NCBI GenBank assembly: GCA_030528525.1 | Contig: JAUMYT010000004.1 | Location: forward strand, 68,407 to 132,406 | Direction of reading: 5' to 3' | DNA length: 64,000 nucleotides | DNA from: Pasteurellaceae bacterium | GTDB taxonomy: Bacteria > Pseudomonadota > Gammaproteobacteria > Enterobacterales > Pasteurellaceae | Shown: one piece after another, positions 50,278 through 59,096 of the stretch | Numbering within the stretch: the first letter of the stretch is position 1 | Layout of the letters: every line of letters starts with the position of its first letter | Notes under the pieces: model-generated | Database searches by the model: none | The model's input: only the letters and a program-made list of their open reading frames with translations | Told to the model about the DNA's origin: nothing | Program-made: the position numbers and the translations under genes

Positions 50278-50982
50278 CTAATCCGCCGAATAATACAATT
50301 TGCCGATTTCTATCTTCTGGCGACCTTGGGCTTCACGCCATTTATTCGTATCACGCAACGAATACACACAGCCACAATACTCTTGCTGATAGAACCGCTC
50401 CCGTTTGCTGATTTCAATCATTCGTTGCGAGCCGCCGCCTTTTCGCCAGTTGTAATCCCAATAGACCACATCATCGTATTTTTCCGCCGCACGATGTCCA
50501 CAGCCGTTGATTTGGTTCATATCTTTCCAGCGAGAAATCCCCAAGCAACTGGTAAATACAGGGAAGCCATTTTCGTGGGCGTATTGAGCGGCTTTTTCAA
50601 ACCGCATATCAAAGCACATTGTGCAACGAATGCCACGCTCTGGCTCGTCTTCCATACCTTTGGCACGGTTGAACCACTCTTGGCGGTCGTAATCGGCATC
50701 AATAAACGGAATACCCCATTTTTCCGCAAAACGAATGTTCTCTTCCTTGCGGATCAAATACTCTTTGAGTGGGTGAATATTCGGGTTGTAGAAGTAGATG
50801 GTAAATTCAATACCCGAAGCGTGAATCGCTTCCATTACTTCGCCCGAACAAGGGGCACAGCAAGAGTGCAACAGCAATTTGTTGTGTCCGTTGGGGAGTT
50901 CTAATTTTTCACGCACAAACGGAGCGTTGGGGTCTTTGCCTTTACGGGTTTTCTTGATGGTTTTTTGTTCTGTCATAATCAT
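50278..50982 (-). CDS. queH: epoxyqueuosine reductase QueH (DUF208)
   Basis: [11 protein letters not shown] and CTMCF cysteine motifs. Confidence 0.8.
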   Translation of the reverse strand: MIMTEQKTIKKTRKGKDPNAPFVREKLELPNGHNKLLLHSCCAPCSGEVMEAIHASGIEFTIYFYNPNIHPLKEYLIRKEENIRFAEKWGIPFIDADYDRQEWFNRAKGMEDEPERGIRCTMCFDMRFEKAAQYAHENGFPVFTSCLGISRWKDMNQINGCGHRAAEKYDDVVYWDYNWRKGGGSQRMIEISKRERFYQQEYCGCVYSLRDTNKWREAQGRQKIEIGKLYYSAD

Positions 50983-50998
50983 TTATGTGAAAGATAAA

Positions 50999-51491
50999 AT
51001 TCTGCCCCCGCTTGCGGGGGAAGTACCCGAACGACAGTTCGGGGGTAGGGGGCAAAATCGTTTTAAGGGTTACGGTTTAAATGCAGATAAATTTCATCTA
51101 GCACGTTATTTAATTGGGTTTTGATTTGATGATTAGTAAACCGTAATACTTTAAATCCCGATTGATTTAGTATAACTGTTCTTTGTTCATCATAATCTAA
51201 TGCTTTGGGTTCAAAATGTTGTGAACCATCAATTTCAATAATTAATTTAGCAGGAATACAAACAAAATCTACGATATATCCTGCAATCACGGCTTGTCGC
51301 CGAATTCTAAATTGGCTTAATCTGCCTTTACGGATTTGTTGCCATAAAATGACCTCTTCAAAAGTCATATTTGAGCGAAGTTGCTTTTTATATTTTGTTA
51401 GGGTTGCTGTTTCTGATTGCCTAAAATTTTTCATATTGCCCCCTACCCCTTCGCTACGCTCAGGTACTTCCCCCGCAAGCGGGGGCAGAAT
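50999..51491. mobile_element. Family B element split into two halves by a DUF559 gene
   Basis: Left half ATTCTGCCCCCGCTTGCGGGGGAAGT...(50999-51060) and right half ...ACTTCCCCCGCAAGCGGGGGCAGAAT (51436-51491) flank ORF exactly. Confidence 0.7.
51063..51434 (-). CDS. DUF559 (Vsr/restriction-endonuclease-like) domain protein
   Basis: 124 aa from MKNFRQSE...; VDFVCIPAKLIIEIDGSQH...VLRF matches DUF559 core; ORF-track N-terminal 22 aa are read-through of repeat. Confidence 0.75.
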   Translation of the reverse strand: MKNFRQSETATLTKYKKQLRSNMTFEEVILWQQIRKGRLSQFRIRRQAVIAGYIVDFVCIPAKLIIEIDGSQHFEPKALDYDEQRTVILNQSGFKVLRFTNHQIKTQLNNVLDEIYLHLNRNP

Positions 51492-51509
51492 TTTATCCAC
51501 TTAGTGAAT

Positions 51510-52490
51510 TTAGTAAGAACGATCCACCGACAAATACGCCAATGAACTCAACGCTTGTTTAAACTCGCTCTCTGGCAAAATGGCGATGGCATCCACGGCT
51601 TTTTGGGCTTCTTGTTTGGCTCGGTTCATTGTGTAATCCAATGATTTTTGTTCTGCCATAATCGCTAAAATTTCGTCTAAGGCATCACGTTTGCCACCTT
51701 GCTCAATCGCTTCACGGATTAACGCAGCCTGTTGTGGATTGCCGTTTCGCATTGCGTGGAGCAATGGCAATGTTGGCTTGCCTTCGGCTAAATCATCGCC
51801 GATATTTTTGCCCAATTTTTCCGCATTGGCACTGTAATCCAAAATATCATCAACAAGTTGGAACGCTGTACCCAAATAGCGACCGTAATCCTGCAAGGCT
51901 TTTACTTCTGCTTCAGTTGCCCCAGCCACCAACGCAGCACATTGCGTTGCCGCTTCAAACAGGCGAGCCGTTTTGCTGTAAATCACCTGCATATAATTTT
52001 CTTCGGTGGTGTCTGGGTCGTTGATGTTCATCAGCTGCTGCACTTCGCCTTCGGCAATCACATTGGTCGCATCGGACATCACTTTCAGTACAGGCAACGA
52101 GTTTAGGCTGGTCATCATTTGGAACGCCCGAGTGTAGATAAAATCGCCCACCAACACACTTGCCGCATTGCCAAAGCGAGCGTTGGCGGTCTCTTTGCCC
52201 CGACGCATATCCGACTCATCCACCACATCGTCGTGCAGCAGGGTCGCAGTGTGGATAAACTCCACAAACGTCGCACAAGTGATGTGATCTTTGCCCTGAT
52301 AGCCCAACGCCTTGGCAGCCAGCACCGCAATCAGTGGACGAATGCGTTTTCCGCCGCCGCTGATGATGTAATGCCCCAGCTGATTGATAAGAACAACATC
52401 AGAATTGAGTTGGGAGAGAATAGCGTGATCGACCGCTTGCATATCGGCGTTGGCAAGTTGAGAGATTTGTTCGAGAGTCAGTTGTGTCAT
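51510..52490 (-). CDS. ispB: octaprenyl diphosphate synthase
   Basis: Start at MTQLTLEQ...; DDVVDESDMRRG and DDILD motifs. Confidence 0.85.
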   Translation of the reverse strand: MTQLTLEQISQLANADMQAVDHAILSQLNSDVVLINQLGHYIISGGGKRIRPLIAVLAAKALGYQGKDHITCATFVEFIHTATLLHDDVVDESDMRRGKETANARFGNAASVLVGDFIYTRAFQMMTSLNSLPVLKVMSDATNVIAEGEVQQLMNINDPDTTEENYMQVIYSKTARLFEAATQCAALVAGATEAEVKALQDYGRYLGTAFQLVDDILDYSANAEKLGKNIGDDLAEGKPTLPLLHAMRNGNPQQAALIREAIEQGGKRDALDEILAIMAEQKSLDYTMNRAKQEAQKAVDAIAILPESEFKQALSSLAYLSVDRSY

Positions 52491-52602
52491 TAGATTATCG
52501 TTTTCAATGTACAAAATAAGACGAGATTTTACCTGAATTCAAGGCAGCAAAAAATAAGATCATACTAAAAAGCCACACATCATCGTGTGGCTTTGCGAAG
52601 CA

Positions 52603-53946
52603 TTACTTCAACCCAAGCTTCTTCTCAAGATAGTGGATATTGGTGCCACCTTCACGGAAGTTTTCGTCAGATAAAATCTGCTCGTGCAGTGGGATGTTGG
52701 TTTTAATCCCTTCAATGATGGTTTCGGATAACGCATTTTCCATACGGCGAATGGCGATTTCACGATTTTCGCCATAAGTAATGAGCTTGGCAATCATTGA
52801 ATCATAATGCGGAGGCACAGCATAGCCTGCGTAAATGTGCGAATCCCAACGCACGCCCAAACCACCAGGGACGTGTAAGCGTCCGATTTTACCTGGGGAA
52901 GGCAAGAAGGTTTTGGAATCTTCGGCGTTGATACGGCACTCAATGGCGTGGCCACGCACTTTGATGTCTTCTTGCTTGATGGAAAGTGGCAAGCCTGATG
53001 CAATACGCAGTTGTTCTTTGACCAAATCCACGCCTGTAATCATTTCCGTCACAGGGTGTTCCACTTGGATACGCGTGTTCATTTCGATGAAGTAGAACTC
53101 GCCGTTCTCGTATAAGAATTCAAAAGTCCCTGCACCACGGTAGCCGATTTCGATACAAGCATTGGCACAACGTTCGCCGATTGAACGGCGTAATTCATCA
53201 GTAATCCCTGGAGCAGGGGCTTCTTCCACCACTTTTTGATGGCGACGTTGCATTGAGCAGTCACGCTCGGCTAAATAGACCGCATTGCCGTGCGTATCCG
53301 CCAGCACTTGGATTTCGATATGGCGTGGGTTTTCAAGGTATTTTTCCATATAGACCATATCGTTGTTGAATGCGGCTTTCGCTTCGGCTTTGGTCATCGC
53401 AATGGATTCTTCCAAATCTTTTTCGTGATGCACCACTCGCATTCCACGACCACCGCCGCCGCCAGAGGCTTTGATGATCACTGGATAGCCGATTTTTTTG
53501 GCAATCTCTTTATTTTTCGCCACATCGTTGCCCACAGGGCCGTCTGAACCCGGTACGCACGGCACGCCCGCTTTTTTCATTGCGGTAATGGCGGAGACTT
53601 TATCGCCCATTAAACGAATGACATCGGCGGTTGGACCGATAAAGGTAAAGCCTGAACGTTCCACTTGCTCGGCAAAATTGGCGTTTTCGGATAAGAATCC
53701 GTAACCTGGGTGAATCCCGTCTGCACCTGACACTTCTGCGGCAGCAATAATCGCTGGAATGTTCAAATAGCTTTTGGTGGACTGGGCTGGGCCGATACAA
53801 ATGGTTTCGTCAGAGAGAAGTACGTGTTTGAGTTCACGGTCTGCGGTGGAGTGGACTGCCACGGTTTTGATGCCAAGCTCACGGCAGGCACGCAAAATAC
53901 GCAAAGCAATCTCGCCACGGTTGGCAATGACAACTTTTTCTAACAT
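52603..53946 (-). CDS. accC: acetyl-CoA carboxylase biotin carboxylase subunit
   Basis: Start at [16 protein letters not shown]...; 447 aa. Confidence 0.9.
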   Translation of the reverse strand: MLEKVVIANRGEIALRILRACRELGIKTVAVHSTADRELKHVLLSDETICIGPAQSTKSYLNIPAIIAAAEVSGADGIHPGYGFLSENANFAEQVERSGFTFIGPTADVIRLMGDKVSAITAMKKAGVPCVPGSDGPVGNDVAKNKEIAKKIGYPVIIKASGGGGGRGMRVVHHEKDLEESIAMTKAEAKAAFNNDMVYMEKYLENPRHIEIQVLADTHGNAVYLAERDCSMQRRHQKVVEEAPAPGITDELRRSIGERCANACIEIGYRGAGTFEFLYENGEFYFIEMNTRIQVEHPVTEMITGVDLVKEQLRIASGLPLSIKQEDIKVRGHAIECRINAEDSKTFLPSPGKIGRLHVPGGLGVRWDSHIYAGYAVPPHYDSMIAKLITYGENREIAIRRMENALSETIIEGIKTNIPLHEQILSDENFREGGTNIHYLEKKLGLK

Positions 53947-53965
53947 TAGTCTGTCCTTTGAGTTG

Positions 53966-54020
53966 CAAGGGGGTGAGAAAATCAAAGATTTTGCAGAAAA
54001 TAGGGAAGATCTCCCCCCTT
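53966..54020. repeat. Family A repeat (complete palindrome) between accB and accC
   Basis: caagggggtgagaaaatcaaagattttgcagaaaatagggaagatctcccccttg. Confidence 0.8.
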
Positions 54021-54029
54021 GTAAATGAA

Positions 54030-54503
54030 TTATTCGATGATGAAGAGTTTTTGGTCGAATTCAACCGCTTCGCCGTCGCTGACGAGAATCGCTTTGACCA
54101 CGCCGGCTTTGTCAGATTCGATGCGGTTCATCATTTTCATGGCTTCCACAATGCAGAGAGTGTCGCCCACTTTAACACTTTGACCTTCTTCCACGAAAGG
54201 CTTCGCTTCTGGGCTTGGGCTACGGTAGAAGGTGCCGACCATTGGCGAACGCACAGCGTGACCGCTCACTTCTGCCGCCACAGGTGCAGGGGCAGCTGCG
54301 GGTGCCGCAGAGGCGACTGGTGCTGGACTTGCCGCTGGTGCTGGGGCAACTTGCGGGGCTGCCACATATTGGACTGCTGCTTGTGGTGCCACAGGGGCAG
54401 CACGGCTAATGCGAACTGTGCCTTCTTCTTCTGACACTTCTAATTCTGTGATGCCTGATTCTTCAACCAGTTCGATAAGTTTTTTGATTTTGCGAATATC
54501 CAT
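54030..54503 (-). CDS. accB: acetyl-CoA carboxylase biotin carboxyl carrier protein
   Basis: 157 aa; Pro/Ala linker; EAMKMMN biotinylation motif. Confidence 0.9.
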   Translation of the reverse strand: MDIRKIKKLIELVEESGITELEVSEEEGTVRISRAAPVAPQAAVQYVAAPQVAPAPAASPAPVASAAPAAAPAPVAAEVSGHAVRSPMVGTFYRSPSPEAKPFVEEGQSVKVGDTLCIVEAMKMMNRIESDKAGVVKAILVSDGEAVEFDQKLFIIE

Positions 54504-54650
54504 AATGAGATCCGTTTTTTAAGAGTTGTACAATTCAGAAACGCTAAATTTTAGCGTGAAATCGGTGCGTAGATTACCTGAAATTTGCGTAATTTGCGAT
54601 GAAAATCTTGTAAAAATGGCGATTTTATCGCTTTTTTACAGCTGATCGTA

Positions 54651-55100
54651 TCAGTTGAACTTTGCCGATTTTGCCAAAAAATCCAAAGCAAAATCGAGGG
54701 CGTAGTCATAGCCTTTTGCCCCCAATCCGCAAATCACACCTTTGGCAACATCGCTTAAATAGGAGTGATGGCGAAATGGCTCACGGCTGTGGACATTGGA
54801 TAAATGCACTTCCACAAACGGAATGCCAACCGCCAACAACGCATCACGCAATGCCACGCTAGTGTGGGTAAAGGCGGCAGGGTTGATGATAATAAAATCC
54901 ACCTTTTCAAAGGCTTGATGAATGCGTTCAATCAACGCCGCTTCGCTGTTGCTTTGAAATGTTGCCAGTTCAGCTCCTTTCGATTGAGCCAGTTGTTGCA
55001 AATGTTGTTCAATGTCGGCAAGGGTTTGTGAGCCGTAAATCTGTGGCTCTCGTTTGCCGAGCATATTGAGATTCGGGCCGTTTAATAACAGAATGTTCAT
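54651..55100 (-). CDS. aroQ: 3-dehydroquinate dehydratase type II
   Basis: 149 aa; [14 protein letters not shown]. Confidence 0.9.
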   Translation of the reverse strand: MNILLLNGPNLNMLGKREPQIYGSQTLADIEQHLQQLAQSKGAELATFQSNSEAALIERIHQAFEKVDFIIINPAAFTHTSVALRDALLAVGIPFVEVHLSNVHSREPFRHHSYLSDVAKGVICGLGAKGYDYALDFALDFLAKSAKFN

Positions 55101-55109
55101 TGTGCCTCC

Positions 55110-55451
55110 TTATAACAGTTCTTTGACTAACTCAGGCGGTCGGCAAAATCTCGTTTTTTCTCGCCCCCTTGCAAAGGGGCGGTTGAGTAGACGCGGGTGA
55201 GCTGCCATTCGCTCGATGATTTCCGCTTTGCTTAACGATTTATCGGCGATAAATTGCGAATATTCGTCCACATCGGTGCGGAGTGCTTGCTCAATCGTAA
55301 TACCACTTTCGTCAATCAGCTGCGTGATCAATTCGGCAGAGAGTGGCGTTTTCAGGTATTCCACAATCTCAACGTTCACGCCATTTTCTTGCAAGATCGC
55401 CAAGGTTTCACGGGATTTACTGCATTTTGGGTTATGGTAGAGCGTAATCAT
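55110..55451 (-). CDS. arsC: ArsC-family reductase (glutaredoxin-dependent type, YffB-like)
   Basis: 113 aa; MITLYHNPKCSKSR; ...LNRP...LCRP. Confidence 0.7.
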   Translation of the reverse strand: MITLYHNPKCSKSRETLAILQENGVNVEIVEYLKTPLSAELITQLIDESGITIEQALRTDVDEYSQFIADKSLSKAEIIERMAAHPRLLNRPFARGREKTRFCRPPELVKELL

Positions 55452-56759
55452 TTAGTCGTCCTGTTTGATGTCTTTGCGAAGGGAGACCATTAGCTGATCG
55501 ATTTTCAGATGTTCGGTGTCGATAATTTCAAATTTGTAATCGCCATACAGCACAAAATCGGTCTTTTTCGGGATTTTGCGGAGCATATACATCATAAAAC
55601 CGCCAATGGTTTCGTAATTTTCTTGGTTCGGAAATTCTTCAATATCCAAGGCACGCATCACATCTTCGAGTGGCGTTGAGCCATCAATCAACCACGAATC
55701 TTCATCACGACGGACAATCTGCTCTTCTTCGTTGGAAACGAGCTCGCCCATCACAATGCTCATTACATCGTTGAGCGTTACGATCCCGACCACCAAGGCA
55801 TATTCGTTGATGATCACCGCAAAATCTTCGCCTGAGGATTTGAACAACTCCAACACTTCATACAACGACAGCGTATCGGGAATATACAACGCTTTGCGAA
55901 GTACACGGTTATCGGTCAGCGACACGGTTTCTTGTTGCAAATAGAGCGTCAGCAAGGTGTGCGATTCCACATAGCCGATGATTTTATCGAGGCTGCCATC
56001 GGCAATCAGCAATTTGGAATGGGAGTTTTGTTGTAAGGTTTCGAGGGTTTGCTGACGGCTGAAGGATTTATCCAAAAATACGATATTTTCACGAGTTGTC
56101 ATTGTGGACGTGACCGTGCGTTGTTGCATATCCAAAATGTTTTCGATCAAATAATGCTCTTGGGTTTTCAGTACGCCTGCTTCCGCCCCTGCGTCCACCA
56201 TTGCGATGATGTCTTCGGAGGTCATATTGTCTTGGCGAACGGTGGAAATGCGTAAGGCACGGAACAGCATATTTGCAATCCAATCAAACAGCACCACCAA
56301 CGGCTTGAACAGTAAAATCGTGAAACTCATCACGCCGACTAATTTCAACGCCACTTTTTCAGGGTTCGCCATTGCCATTCGTTTTGGCATTAAATCCGCC
56401 AACAGCACAAAGGCAATCGTTACCAACGCAAACGACAGCCACGATGATGCCGTATCTAACCATTCCGCTTGGCTATAAGGCGATAAAAACTGCTTCACAT
56501 AAGGGGTGATCGCCCCTTCGCCAATCATACCGCCAAGGATCGCCACCATATTCAGCCCAATTTGCACCACCGTGATAAATTGCCCCGGTTGCTCTTGCAA
56601 CGCCAACACTTTTTTAGCTTGTTCGTTGCCTTCATTGGCTAAATTTTGCAGTTTGAGTTTTCTTGCCCCAGCCAGTGAAATTTCCGCGGAAGAAATCACG
56701 GCACTCAACACAATTAGCAACAAAATAATAAAAATTGATTCAACGAGATTTAAACCCAT
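55452..56759 (-). CDS. HlyC/CorC (CNNM) family transporter (DUF21-CBS-CorC)
   Basis: 435 aa; N-terminal DUF21 TM domain, CBS pair, C-terminal CorC_HlyC. Confidence 0.8.
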   Translation of the reverse strand: MGLNLVESIFIILLLIVLSAVISSAEISLAGARKLKLQNLANEGNEQAKKVLALQEQPGQFITVVQIGLNMVAILGGMIGEGAITPYVKQFLSPYSQAEWLDTASSWLSFALVTIAFVLLADLMPKRMAMANPEKVALKLVGVMSFTILLFKPLVVLFDWIANMLFRALRISTVRQDNMTSEDIIAMVDAGAEAGVLKTQEHYLIENILDMQQRTVTSTMTTRENIVFLDKSFSRQQTLETLQQNSHSKLLIADGSLDKIIGYVESHTLLTLYLQQETVSLTDNRVLRKALYIPDTLSLYEVLELFKSSGEDFAVIINEYALVVGIVTLNDVMSIVMGELVSNEEEQIVRRDEDSWLIDGSTPLEDVMRALDIEEFPNQENYETIGGFMMYMLRKIPKKTDFVLYGDYKFEIIDTEHLKIDQLMVSLRKDIKQDD

Positions 56760-56893
56760 AATTCTGTTTGAGAGAGAAAAAGTGGCGAAATTATAGCAAA
56801 GGCAGGGGATTTGTAAAAATCGTTGAAAGTCCGCCCATTTTTTGCAAAATTAGGCGAAGAAGTTACCCCTTGTATTCATCAACGAAGGAGAAA

Positions 56894-58324
56894 ATGATGG
56901 AACTTTACTATTTTATCGGCACAATCGCCCTTGTGGCATTTATTGTGATCAGCCTAGTGGTCGCCTTGTTGTTCCGCCGTGTGGTCAAAACCAACGAAGT
57001 GCATATCGTGCAATCGGGCGGCAAAACCACCTCTTATGGCAAAGATACGGGCAACGGCAACGTGTACTATGCGTTTCCGTCTTGGTTGCCGTTAATCGGG
57101 GTCAGCACTATTGTATTGCCTGTGTCGGTGTTCTCGATCAAAATCGACAACTACGAAGCCTACGATTTAGAGCGTTTGCCGTTTGTGGTGGATATTACGG
57201 CGTTCTTCCGTGTGTCGGATTCCAACTTGGCGGCACAACGGGTATCCGATTTCCGTGATATGAACGTGCAACTGGTGGACATTATTCAGGGCTCGGTGCG
57301 TTCAATTCTCTCTAGCCGTAATTTGAACGACATTTTGCAAGTGCGTTCTGAATTGGGCGATGATTTTACTGCCGCAGTCAAAGAGCAGCTGAAAAACTGG
57401 GGGATTGAGCCCGTTAAAAATATCGAGTTGATGGATATTCGTGATAGTGGCGGCTCTAAAGTGATTTTCAACATTATGGAGATCAAAAAATCCTTTATAG
57501 AAAAAGAGAGCCGTGTGGAAGTGGCTCGCAACCAAAAAGAAGCCCAAATTGCCGAAATCGAAGCGAAAAAAGAAGCGGACGTCAAACAGCAAGAAGCGGA
57601 AAAAGAAGTTGGCTTAAAAACTGTCGAAAATCAGCGTGAAGTTGCCGTTTCCAACGAGCAGGCTCAACAGTTGGTAAAAGAGCAGGAAAAAATCACCAAA
57701 GAGCGTGAAATGGAAGTCAAACGGGTGGCGGAAGTCAAACAGGCGGAAATTGCCAAAGACGTGGAAATTGTCAAAGCCGACCAAGACAAACGCACCCAAG
57801 AGATCAAAGCCGAAGCCAATCGCAATGCGTTGATAATCGACTCCGAAGCGGAGAAACAGCACCAAATTTTGGTTGCCGAAGGGGAAAAACAGAAAGCCTT
57901 TTTAGAAGCGGAAGCCTTGCTCGAAACCAAAGATAAAGAAGCTCAAGGGATTGCGAAAATCGGTTCAGCAGAAGCGGAAGCCAAACAGAAATTGGAAATC
58001 TCGCTCGTGTCAGGGCAAATCGAATTGGCAAAAGAGATCGGCAGTAACGTGGGTTATCAGCAATATTTGGTCAGCATTCGCCAAATCGAAGCCAACCAAG
58101 CCATTGGCGTGGAACAAGCCAAAGCGTTGTCCAACTCCGAGATGAAATTTATCATCAACGACGCCAAAGTGGACAAAGGAATTGAGCGAGTGGGCGAGCT
58201 GTTTAGCTCCACAGGTGGCACAAAACTGGCAGCGACGTTGGAAGGCTTAAACCAATCCGACATCGGCAAAGCGTTGATTGAGAAGTTTTTAGGCAATCAA
58301 ACCCCGCCTAATCCTTCAAAATAG
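56894..58324 (+). CDS. yqiK: flotillin-like SPFH/band-7 protein (YqiK family)
   Basis: Start ATG with AAGGAG RBS; N-terminal TM, SPFH domain, long E/K/A-rich coiled coil. Confidence 0.8.
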   Translation: MMELYYFIGTIALVAFIVISLVVALLFRRVVKTNEVHIVQSGGKTTSYGKDTGNGNVYYAFPSWLPLIGVSTIVLPVSVFSIKIDNYEAYDLERLPFVVDITAFFRVSDSNLAAQRVSDFRDMNVQLVDIIQGSVRSILSSRNLNDILQVRSELGDDFTAAVKEQLKNWGIEPVKNIELMDIRDSGGSKVIFNIMEIKKSFIEKESRVEVARNQKEAQIAEIEAKKEADVKQQEAEKEVGLKTVENQREVAVSNEQAQQLVKEQEKITKEREMEVKRVAEVKQAEIAKDVEIVKADQDKRTQEIKAEANRNALIIDSEAEKQHQILVAEGEKQKAFLEAEALLETKDKEAQGIAKIGSAEAEAKQKLEISLVSGQIELAKEIGSNVGYQQYLVSIRQIEANQAIGVEQAKALSNSEMKFIINDAKVDKGIERVGELFSSTGGTKLAATLEGLNQSDIGKALIEKFLGNQTPPNPSK

Positions 58325-58383
58325 CATAAAAAAACATCTGTGGCATTTGCCACAGATGTGAATATTCCGTATAAACGTGAAAA

Positions 58384-58965
58384 TTAGAAGCGATAGGTTG
58401 CATTGGCTCCTAACGTATTTGCGTTTTTACTTTGGTTATCAAACGTCGCACGACTTCTTAAATATTCCGCCCCTAATTCAAAATTAGACGAAACCGCATA
58501 TTTTGCACCAATACCAATGCCTAAGCCATTACCTGTACTGGATACCGAACGCTGATAAGAAGAACCCGGAGCAATACTACGCACTTTCACATCAGTTTTT
58601 GCCACAGAATAGCCGACTTTCACATAGGGTAAGAAATTCGCTGCCACTCGGTAGCCTTGTAAATAGCTTACCCCCGCACGCCATTTTTCATTGATTTGAC
58701 TAGAATTCGTTTGTGTTTGGTAGTCTTGTAATTTCGAGCTATTAAATTTCGCTTTACCTTCCACTAAACCGACAAGGTTGTTGCCATAGTCAAAACCATA
58801 ATCCACTACGACGCCCACGCCCGTTGCACGTTTTAAGCCTTCGTATTTTGTCGAGGTTAAGTCAAGCCCAATTCCCCAGCCTGCAAATGTTGTTCCAACT
58901 GGGGCAGCTGTTGCCGTTGATGCCAAGCCAAGCAAGGCGATGAATGCCAATTTTTTCATTTTCAT
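58384..58965 (-). CDS. small outer-membrane beta-barrel protein (OmpX/PagC/Opa-like)
   Basis: 193 aa; signal peptide; alternating beta strands; C-terminal YRF. Confidence 0.7.
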   Translation of the reverse strand: MKMKKLAFIALLGLASTATAAPVGTTFAGWGIGLDLTSTKYEGLKRATGVGVVVDYGFDYGNNLVGLVEGKAKFNSSKLQDYQTQTNSSQINEKWRAGVSYLQGYRVAANFLPYVKVGYSVAKTDVKVRSIAPGSSYQRSVSSTGNGLGIGIGAKYAVSSNFELGAEYLRSRATFDNQSKNANTLGANATYRF

Positions 58966-59040
58966 GCTCCTATATGAATGAAAAGCGAGGTCAGTTTACC
59001 CCTTCGCTCCCCTTTACACAAGCAAAGAAGCCAGCAAACT

Positions 59041-59086
59041 GCCCCTGCAAGGGGGTGAGAAACAGAAACTTTTTGCAAATCTCACC
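59041..59086. repeat. Family A repeat
   Basis: gcccctgcaagggggtgagaaacagaaactttttgcaaatctcacc. Confidence 0.7.
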
Positions 59087-59096
59087 GAATGACTAA

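Noticed and set aside
51435-51500. N-terminal 22 residues (MDKILPPLAGEVPERSEGVGGN) of ORF 51063..51500
   Set aside because: They are encoded by the right-hand terminal repeat of the family B element. The real DUF559 start is the internal Met at 51434. The same repeat also yields a spurious plus-strand ORF at 50879..51124.
55140-55180. Family-A-like string (cccccttgcaaaggggcgg) at the 3' end of arsC
   Set aside because: The ArsC alignment (NRP ... LCRP motif and correct length) continues through it, so it is treated as coding sequence with coincidental similarity.
57286-58296. Several minus-strand ORFs (57286..57585, 57302..57592, 57614..57865, 57664..57930, 57804..58031, 58057..58296)
   Set aside because: They are antisense to the flotillin gene's repetitive Glu/Lys/Ala-rich coiled-coil region, which gives long open frames. 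There is no independent support.
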